DNA of 6,799 bases from an uncultured bacterium (GTDB lineage Bacteria > Zixibacteria > MSB-5A5 > JAABVY01 > JAHJOQ01), in contig CBDUQR010000080.1 of the NCBI GenBank assembly GCA_965369655.1, forward strand, positions 1-6,799. Direction: 5' to 3'. Below, one piece after another: positions 1 to 6,068 of this stretch; within the stretch, counting starts at the first letter, position 1; each line of letters starts with the position of its first letter. The notes under the pieces were generated by a model. The model saw nothing but the letters and a program-made list of their open reading frames with translations. It made no database searches and had not been told where the DNA came from. A program made the position numbers and the translations under genes.

Positions 1-101
1 AGGTCTACGCGAAGAAAATCCCAATGTCGCCAATTAACACAAGTTAGTACTAGTAGAAACTCAAGACCGTTCAAATGTGAATATGTCTCACTGATTTTCA
101 T
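1..101 (-). CDS. BstYI/BglII-family type II restriction endonuclease, N-terminal fragment (runs off the window edge; possibly disrupted after codon 18)
   Basis: Manual minus-strand translation from ATG at 101 gives MKISETYSHLNGLEFLLV|LTCVNWRHWDFLRVD. The first 18 residues resemble the BstYI N-terminus as I recall it (MRIVEVYSHLNGLEYIQVH). It starts 13 nt after the stop of a co-oriented BglII/BstYI-type methyltransferase. Not in the ORF track. Confidence 0.8.
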   Translation of the reverse strand, partial: MKISETYSHLNGLEFLLVLTCVNWRHWDFLRVD

Positions 102-114
102 CGCGCGCTTACAT

Positions 115-1053
115 TTATTCTCTCTGATCTTTGTCGAAGAGTGCTGTCTGACGATCCCTCTGTCCGCTGGCCCATGGCGAGACTGTGAGCTTGTTCCCCG
201 CTTGCTTTGGATCATATACAGGTCTGTCCATTGGACGCGTCCGCAGAGTTCCTGCTATTTCCTGCTGTATCCTGTCGCGTGCAAGATCAACATACTTCGG
301 TACGATCTCCGATCCTACAGCTCGTCTGTTGTGACGAATTGCAGCAATCATTGAAGTCCCGGTTCCCAGAAACGGGTCAAATACCCAGTCGTTTTCATTG
401 GTCATGGAAAGAACGAGTCTCTCGATCAATTCCACGGGAAATTGACATGGGTGCTCAGTTTTTTCGACATGGTTACTCTTGACATTGGGGATCGTCCAGA
501 TATCGCCAAGGTTCTTACCGAGTGGATTGCAGGAGTACTTTCCCGCTTTAGGTCCCTTGAAATATTTCTTAGCCGGATACTTTTGCGGGACTCTGACAGG
601 GTCAAGGTTAAAGACATAGTCATTACTTTTTGTAAACCAGATTATCGTCTCATAGCGACCCGAGAATCGCCTTCGACAGTGCAGACCATGCTCGAAATGC
701 CAGATTATGCGATTCCGCATCTTCAGTCCGAGGTCGCTGAAGATCGGATAGAGGATTGTGTCGAGCGGGATAATCGCTCCGCGGTCCACAAAGTTGCCAA
801 CCTGCCAGCAGATACTGCCCCTCGGAGCCAGAGTTCTGACACATTTTTGTATTATCTCAGCCTGTTGCTCCACGTAGGTTTCAAGCTCCAGCTTCTTCTC
901 ATATTCCTTCCCGATGTTATACGGTGGCGAAGTGACGATAATCTGTATGGACTCATCTGGTATCTGCTCTAATAATTCGGTGCAGTCGCCGTGAAAGAGA
1001 ACAATGTGCTCGCGCGGAGAGAATTGATCGGAGATGTGGTGATTTGCATGCAT
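115..1053 (-). CDS. Site-specific DNA amino-methyltransferase (N6_N4_Mtase family, beta class), M.BglII/M.BstYI-like; probably N4-cytosine
   Basis: 312 aa. The catalytic motif IV TSPPY precedes the SAM-binding motif I FDPFLGTGT (beta order). Other family motifs are GDC, GSICWQVG, RNRIIW.F.HGLH, GRYETIIWFTK, LDPVRVPQKYP.KK and HPCQFP.ELIER, which recall M.BglII. SPPY is typical of m4C enzymes. Confidence 0.93.
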   Translation of the reverse strand: MHANHHISDQFSPREHIVLFHGDCTELLEQIPDESIQIIVTSPPYNIGKEYEKKLELETYVEQQAEIIQKCVRTLAPRGSICWQVGNFVDRGAIIPLDTILYPIFSDLGLKMRNRIIWHFEHGLHCRRRFSGRYETIIWFTKSNDYVFNLDPVRVPQKYPAKKYFKGPKAGKYSCNPLGKNLGDIWTIPNVKSNHVEKTEHPCQFPVELIERLVLSMTNENDWVFDPFLGTGTSMIAAIRHNRRAVGSEIVPKYVDLARDRIQQEIAGTLRTRPMDRPVYDPKQAGNKLTVSPWASGQRDRQTALFDKDQRE

Positions 1054-1199
1054 TTCAGGTATCCGGATCAGTCGTACTTGTTCCAGTCAGTTCGATCACT
1101 GAAAACAATAAACAGCCTGATTGATTTGAAAGCAAGCGCGAAAAGTGGACGAGCTTTGACTGGATACTCTTGTACTTCAGTGGGATTGAACCATGACTA

Positions 1200-3113
1200 T
1201 CAAGCGTCAAAACCCAGTAGTATTTCCCTCACAGATTCTCCTCTTACTCTGCCCACTATCCTTCGCATCGTGGTGCCCATAACGAATTCGAGCCGTTGAG
1301 AATCATTCGCGAAGTTTCTCTCAGAAGCTTTCGCGATTTCGTCACTGATGATTTCTCGGAGCTGATTCTCGCTGATCGGTGAGAAATCATGCCCGGTGAT
1401 AGTATCCGCCATGCTCTTCGGATTGTCCGACTGGCAAAGTTCTGTCAAGAGCGTAGGAATGACTTCACGAGTGAACTGACCGCTCGAAAACGCGGTGAAT
1501 ACTTCAACAAGATCGTCGTCGGTGATTCTGGCAGTGTCAAGATCCTTTCGCCTGAGGCTTTTGATCGTCTGGGTAATTGTGGTACCAACCTCGTTGGGAT
1601 CGACTTCGCACGATGAGATGATCCTGTCGAAGATACCTCTCCTGCCTGATATCACCAGCGGCCTGATGATGTCATCCCTGATCCCAAGCTCGTGCCATCT
1701 CTGCTCTGTGTCCCATGATCGTTCGGGAAGATTCGATTCTATCCTGTCGAGTCGCTCTTTCGAGATCGGTATCGGTGGAAGGTCTGTGTCCGGGTACATG
1801 CGGTCCGGGCCGGGAAGGATTCGCTCGAAATCTGTGATGCCATTTCCGATATCCTGTCTCGTTTCGTTCGGCACACCCCGGATCGCATCGAGCGCGCGGA
1901 ACTTGATTTCTTCGAGCGCAGTTTCGACATCTTCGTCCGCGCCCCACACGACAATGGCAGCGTCAGTCAGCTTGCAGTCAGAGATAGCTTTGATACGTGT
2001 CCATTCTTCCTGAGTCAGATCGGATTCATCCGTCAAATCAGTGTAGAAGATATTCGGCATCTTGTCGAGGCACGCGATTACTCGTATTCTGCCAATCAAT
2101 TCAGATGCGAATGTTTTTCCCGGCTGGGTCGGATGATTCAGCAGGCCTGCGAAACCTGCCAGTTTGGCGCATTTGACCGTGCCGCCGGTGTCGAGTGCAT
2201 CGCGGATCGGAGCAGATTTCGTCGATGACAGTTCCGATGTGAGATCATGCTTTGTCAGCACGAGGCTTTTTCTCGAAATTCCGCGAGATTTGATCGCGTC
2301 GCGCATATCGAGCAGTGCTTTCTGTCGCAGTGCCTCCACATATGTAAGGTCGTGGACGTACCCGGTTTTGGCGATGCCTTTCATCTCGACACGAGTGCCA
2401 CCGTTGATGCTGACATTCACATCCTGTCTCACCGATCCGATGCCACGTCGCACCTTGCCGGATGCCTTGAGCATGCGTCCGATGATCTCGTTGACTTCCA
2501 TCGCTTCGTCAGGATTGAGCATATCGGGATAGGTGATGACCTCGACGAGCGGTGTCGAGAGCCTGTCCGCCTTGAATGTAACCGTGTGCCCGATGTCTGA
2601 GATTTCACGGCAGGCATCTTCTTCGAGGCATATCTGAATAATCCTGATCTTGCGGTCTTTGTATGGTACCCAACCCTCAATGCCGACGACTACCGTCCGT
2701 TGAAATCCTGTCGGTATGCTGCCGTCGAGGTACTGTTTGCGCGAGATATGGATTTCGTCGACAATGCTGCAATTCAGTAGCATCGCGAGTTCGATTGCTA
2801 TATCGAGCGCCTGCTGGTTGATCTCGAACGGCGGTGTGTCATCCATTTCGTACGTGCAGGTGCTGCCCTTGTTGAGTTGATATATGACCTGCTTCCTGGT
2901 CTTGAACTCCATCAGCGCAGTGCCGTCATATTCGCCCAGTTCCGAAAGCGTAGGTCGCATGTGGCGCAGAATAGTAGCGTCGGGTGGTTCGTGACGAAGT
3001 CCGACCGGACACCGGCAGAAGAGTTTCTTCTCGGTGTCGAGTTGCTGATGTATTTCTAACCCGCACTTGAATCCGAGCTTCTCAAAATCTACTGACGGCA
3101 GATCTTTTCTCAT
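1200..3113 (-). CDS. gatE: Glu-tRNA(Gln) amidotransferase subunit E (GatE), 637 aa
   Basis: Contains KCGLEIHQQLDT.KKLFCRCP, LRHMRPTLSELGE, DGSIPTGFQRT, ICLEEDACR, RVEMKG, GVPNETR and LPGPDRMYPDTDLPP. It has the AspRS-like (GAD) insertion (KLAGFAGLL...QPGKTFASE...) that separates GatE from GatB, plus a helical C-terminal tail. Start moved from 3251 to ATG 3113 because of an upstream GAGGGA SD, a promoter at 3153-3181 and the start of family similarity. Confidence 0.95.
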   Translation of the reverse strand: MRKDLPSVDFEKLGFKCGLEIHQQLDTEKKLFCRCPVGLRHEPPDATILRHMRPTLSELGEYDGTALMEFKTRKQVIYQLNKGSTCTYEMDDTPPFEINQQALDIAIELAMLLNCSIVDEIHISRKQYLDGSIPTGFQRTVVVGIEGWVPYKDRKIRIIQICLEEDACREISDIGHTVTFKADRLSTPLVEVITYPDMLNPDEAMEVNEIIGRMLKASGKVRRGIGSVRQDVNVSINGGTRVEMKGIAKTGYVHDLTYVEALRQKALLDMRDAIKSRGISRKSLVLTKHDLTSELSSTKSAPIRDALDTGGTVKCAKLAGFAGLLNHPTQPGKTFASELIGRIRVIACLDKMPNIFYTDLTDESDLTQEEWTRIKAISDCKLTDAAIVVWGADEDVETALEEIKFRALDAIRGVPNETRQDIGNGITDFERILPGPDRMYPDTDLPPIPISKERLDRIESNLPERSWDTEQRWHELGIRDDIIRPLVISGRRGIFDRIISSCEVDPNEVGTTITQTIKSLRRKDLDTARITDDDLVEVFTAFSSGQFTREVIPTLLTELCQSDNPKSMADTITGHDFSPISENQLREIISDEIAKASERNFANDSQRLEFVMGTTMRRIVGRVRGESVREILLGFDA

Positions 3114-3152
3114 CTCACGTAATCCCTCAGGGTCCAGGGTTTGAAAAAGCTG

Positions 3153-3181
3153 AATATATGTCGGATGCCTGTCTGGCTCAA
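3153..3181 (-). promoter_or_regulatory. Putative sigma70-type promoter for gatE
   Basis: Minus strand reads TTGAGC (3181-3176), a 17-nt spacer, then TATATT (3158-3153), ending about 40 nt upstream of ATG 3113. Confidence 0.6.
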
Positions 3182-3313
3182 GCGGAAAACACGAAAGCGC
3201 TGCCGTGGTTGCACAATTATCTGATTGACAGATTGGTTTCGTGAGCGGCACATGTCCAGAGGCTGTCCCATAAGATCCGAAAAGCAGGTAATCATGTTTG
3301 CGAAAGGAAATAG

Positions 3314-3411
3314 CGTCATTCCCGCGCAGGCCCTTCGCTTTGCTCAGGATTGCACGGGAATCTATTGAATGCGTTATTGTTAGATAGACTCCCGCCTTCT
3401 CGGGAGTGACG
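3314..3411. repeat. Inverted doublet of CGTC-tagged REP-like palindromes (dRS3-like ATTCCC-N8-GGGAAT core)
   Basis: The right unit (3384-3411) reverse-complemented is CGTCACTCCCGAGAAGGCGGGAGTCTAT. The left unit (3314-3330 joined to 3355-3365) is CGTCATTCCCGCGCAGGCGGGAATCTAT. They match 24/28 and are separated by an 18-nt spacer (3366-3383). Confidence 0.8.
3331..3354. repeat. 24-nt insertion in the left REP loop, resembling a second short-repeat family
   Basis: CCCTTCGCTTTGCTCAGGATTGCA is absent from the partner unit. Its reverse complement contains ATCCTGAGCAAAGCGAAGG, close to the ATCCTGAGCGAAGCGAAGG-type repeats I recall from many bacterial genomes. Boundaries are ambiguous by 1 nt. Confidence 0.6.
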
Positions 3412-3503
3412 TGCCCAGCTTCCCACTTGAGTCAATTGGCACTTTTGGGACAACCTCTCCACATGTGCCGAATCCGTTTGGCTCCCCCGTCCGGACATAA
3501 TGC

Positions 3504-3532
3504 TTGACTGAACACTCTAATCTCCGTAGCAT
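3504..3532 (+). promoter_or_regulatory. Putative sigma70-type promoter for lemA-DUF2207
   Basis: TTGACT (3504-3509), a 17-nt spacer, then TAGCAT (3527-3532). An SD AGGAG follows at 3552-3556, ahead of ATG 3565. Confidence 0.6.
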
Positions 3533-3564
3533 AGAATTCCATTGCATAAACAGGAGCGAAACGA

Positions 3565-4119
3565 ATGGTTTCGATTGTTATCTTTGTCTTAGTATTAGTC
3601 GTTGCTTTTGCCGCCATTATTATCTACAACAAATTGGTCCGGCTGAGAAACACCGTGCGATCTTCATGGTCAGATATCGACGTTCAACTCAAGAAACGCT
3701 TTAATCTGGTCCCCAGCCTTGTTGAAACCGTGAAGGCCTACGCCAAACACGAAAAAGGTGTCTTTGAGAAAGTTACCGAAGCGAGGGCAAGAGCCATGCA
3801 GAGTGGAAGCCCCAAAGATATGGCCAGGTCGGAGAACCTGTTCAAAGATACTCTCAAAAGCCTGTTTGCTGTGGCCGAGGCATACCCCGAATTGAAAGCC
3901 AACAGCAACTTCATACAACTGCAGAGCCAGTTCCAGGAACTGGAAGAAAGCATCGAGTCCGCGCGGCGATACTACAACGCAGTGGTCCGTGATTACAATA
4001 CTTCGACCGAGACGTTTCCATCGGTCATTGTTGCCTCCACCTTCGGATTCAAACCCGCAGAGTTTTTCGAGATCGAATCACCCGAAGAGAGAAAACCCAT
4101 CAAGCCGGACTTCTCATGA
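3565..4119 (+). CDS. lemA: LemA family membrane protein
   Basis: 184 aa with a single N-terminal hydrophobic anchor, then YNKLVRLRN...WSDIDVQLKKRFNLVPSLVETVKAYAKHE, AVAEAYPELKANSNF and ARRYYNAVVRDYN...FPS. AGGAG SD present. Confidence 0.96.
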   Translation: MVSIVIFVLVLVVAFAAIIIYNKLVRLRNTVRSSWSDIDVQLKKRFNLVPSLVETVKAYAKHEKGVFEKVTEARARAMQSGSPKDMARSENLFKDTLKSLFAVAEAYPELKANSNFIQLQSQFQELEESIESARRYYNAVVRDYNTSTETFPSVIVASTFGFKPAEFFEIESPEERKPIKPDFS

Positions 4120-4136
4120 TTAACAAGGAGGCGATT

Positions 4137-5891
4137 GTGCGCACGATTATCCAGGGAAGGCTCAGAGCGCCGTTCTTTATCGGATTGTTGCTTGCTCTGG
4201 TGATGGTGGGCTTTGTCCACTCTGCAAACGCCCAGCATTTTACTATCGAGCATTTCCACTCTGATATCATTATCAATGAAAATGGCTCGGTTGAAGTTAC
4301 CGAGACCATAGAGGTTGTCTTCGATCAAAGCAGACACGGCATTTACCGCGAGATACCGTTTCGCTATGTCAACGAACTGGGCGACAAGATTGTTATGCCT
4401 GTCACGGTGAAGTCGGTGTTACAAGAGGACGGCAAGGTATGGGCCTACAAGGTATCGAAGCAGGGCAATGTCGTGAACATCCGAATTGGCGATGCCGACC
4501 GCTATGTGCGAGGCAGGCAGATATACGTAATTCGCTATTTGGTTGACAATGCAATCATGTTTTTCGAAGATCACGATGAACTATACTGGAACGTCACCGG
4601 CAATTACTGGCGCGCCCGCATTAACAGAGCATCCGCCGACATTCGCCTGAATACCGACAAGGTCAACTCTGAAATGACCGGCGCCTGTTATACCGGCAGG
4701 TACGGATCTAACGAGTCTGAATGTATATTTGAGTTGTCTAAGAACGAGGCATCATTCAGTGCAGCCCGACCCCTTCGTGTCGGAGAAGGGTTCACCGTCG
4801 CTTTCGGGTGGGACAAAGGCATTGTATCGCCACCATCGAGCTGGCAACAGTTCCTGTGGACTGCGAACCTGCGAGAGAACTGGGTTTTCTCTGTTCCCCT
4901 TGCCGTCCTGATCTTTATGATATCTCATTGGTACAGAAGAGGACGGGACCCGAAAGTACGTGAGGCGATCACGGTAATGTACAAACCGCCTGAGATCGAC
5001 GGCAAACCGCTCACTCCTGCACAGGTCGGCGCACTCGTTGACGAAAGCCTCGACCAGAGAGATATAACTTCGAGCCTTATCGGTCTCGCGGTCAAGGGTT
5101 ATATCGAACTGCATGAGATGGAGCGGGAAGGTGAGGGGTGGCTGTCCGGCACAGAGAAGGATTTCATGCTCGTCAGGCTCAAAGAACCCGACGACCAACT
5201 GAGTCTGTTTGAGCGAACCCTGATGACGGAAATATTCCCCGGCGAATCCAATGAGGCATATGTCTCGGACATGAAAAACAAGTTCTATAAGAAACTGCCT
5301 GAACTGCATAAGATTATGTTCGGGGAACTGGTAAGTAAGAAATTCTTTGCAGTTAATCCAATGAAAGTAAAGGGCAAGTATGTGCTGATCGGGTTCGGTC
5401 TGCTCATAATCGGGACGTTTATTCTGTATCAGCTTTCACCGTTAGCTCCGTGGAAAGGTATAGTTGCTGGCGTCATATCCGGCTTTTCCATTATTGCATT
5501 CGCCAATGCCATGCCGGCAAAAACAAGGGCTGGCGCGCTGGCCCGCATGAACATTCTGGGTTTTCAGGAATTCATGAATAGAGCAGACAAAGACAGGCTG
5601 GAGAGAATGGGCGAAGATGTGTTCTATGAATACCTTCCATACGCCATTGCGCTTGATGTCGTAGATCATTGGGTGAAGACATTCAAAGACATCCTGACCG
5701 AGCCGCCGAGATGGTACGTAGCACCAGGAGGCTACGGAACCTTCAACACGCAACAGTTTACTCAATCCCTGACTGTTGCCACCACACATCTTGGCTCGAC
5801 CATGTTTTCAGCACCTCGAGGAAGCGGATCCTCCGGCAGCGGTGGTTTCTCGGGCGGTGGCGGTGGCGGTGGTGGCGGCGGAAGCTGGTAA
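4137..5891 (+). CDS. DUF2207 family (YciQ-like) membrane protein
   Basis: Signal peptide ending ANA|Q, a beta-rich extracytoplasmic domain (GSVEVTETI, HGIYREIP, ELYWNVTGNYW), three hydrophobic segments, YEYLPYAIAL and the Gly-rich tail GGFSGGGGGGGGGGSW. It sits in the usual position downstream of lemA. Start is either GTG 4137 (AAGGAGG at 4125-4131) or ATG 4116 (overlaps the lemA stop). Confidence 0.9.
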   Translation: MRTIIQGRLRAPFFIGLLLALVMVGFVHSANAQHFTIEHFHSDIIINENGSVEVTETIEVVFDQSRHGIYREIPFRYVNELGDKIVMPVTVKSVLQEDGKVWAYKVSKQGNVVNIRIGDADRYVRGRQIYVIRYLVDNAIMFFEDHDELYWNVTGNYWRARINRASADIRLNTDKVNSEMTGACYTGRYGSNESECIFELSKNEASFSAARPLRVGEGFTVAFGWDKGIVSPPSSWQQFLWTANLRENWVFSVPLAVLIFMISHWYRRGRDPKVREAITVMYKPPEIDGKPLTPAQVGALVDESLDQRDITSSLIGLAVKGYIELHEMEREGEGWLSGTEKDFMLVRLKEPDDQLSLFERTLMTEIFPGESNEAYVSDMKNKFYKKLPELHKIMFGELVSKKFFAVNPMKVKGKYVLIGFGLLIIGTFILYQLSPLAPWKGIVAGVISGFSIIAFANAMPAKTRAGALARMNILGFQEFMNRADKDRLERMGEDVFYEYLPYAIALDVVDHWVKTFKDILTEPPRWYVAPGGYGTFNTQQFTQSLTVATTHLGSTMFSAPRGSGSSGSGGFSGGGGGGGGGGSW

Positions 5892-6068
5892 CGACAATAG
5901 GCCATAGGGCAGAACCATTCAGATTAAGACATCCAATCTGTGCCGCCACTATTTGCGAACCTCTCAGGAGCGAGTCACCTGCAGGATATTCATAGATGTT
6001 GCACGCGCGGCGTAACGCTTTGCGCTGCCACCGGCGGCTTGTGCAGGAATGGAATGAATGCTCTGAAA

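Larger units (their letters stand above)
3259..3457. mobile_element. 199-bp non-autonomous MITE with IS1182-like terminal inverted repeats and a 4-bp target duplication (TCCA)
   Basis: Left end GAGGCTGTCCCATAAG (3259-3274) and right end CTTTTGGGACAACCTC (3442-3457) are a 14/16 inverted match. TCCA directly flanks both ends (3255-3258 and 3458-3461). Outer flanks CGGCACATG (3246-3254) and CATGTGCCG (3462-3470) are a perfect inverted pair. No transposase ORF inside. The IS1182 assignment is from recalled TIR style. Confidence 0.75.

Noticed and set aside
1082..1164. 8-bp inverted repeat TCCAGTCA/TGACTGGA and a weak TTGCTT...TATTGT promoter upstream of the MTase
   Set aside because: The repeat is short and widely spaced, the promoter spacer is 19 nt, and there is no C-protein gene or clear C-box.
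3114..3251. 46-residue N-terminal extension of GatE in the ORF track (683 aa)
   Set aside because: It has no family similarity, spans the predicted gatE promoter and starts in the MITE flank. ATG 3113 has an SD.
3225..3253. Perfect TTGACA on the plus strand
   Set aside because: There is no acceptable -10 hexamer at 16-18 nt spacing.
3259..3457. Structured ncRNA, T-box/riboswitch or CRISPR interpretation of the spacer
   Set aside because: It lies upstream of both predicted promoters, has no T-box motif or direct repeat-spacer periodicity, and the TIR + TSD + REP model explains the symmetry better.
3110..3704. Short ORFs of 60-69 aa in and around the divergent spacer
   Set aside because: They have no recognisable motifs and run through the MITE/REP or overlap gatE or lemA. 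None resembles a transposase.
5820..5891. GGC/GGT triplet run
   Set aside because: It encodes the normal Gly-rich DUF2207 C-terminus and is not an independent repeat.
5892..6068. Possible terminator in the convergent DUF2207/pfkA gap (CAGATT/AATCTG at 5920-5940)
   Set aside because: The 6-bp stem is AT-rich and has no U-tract in either direction.
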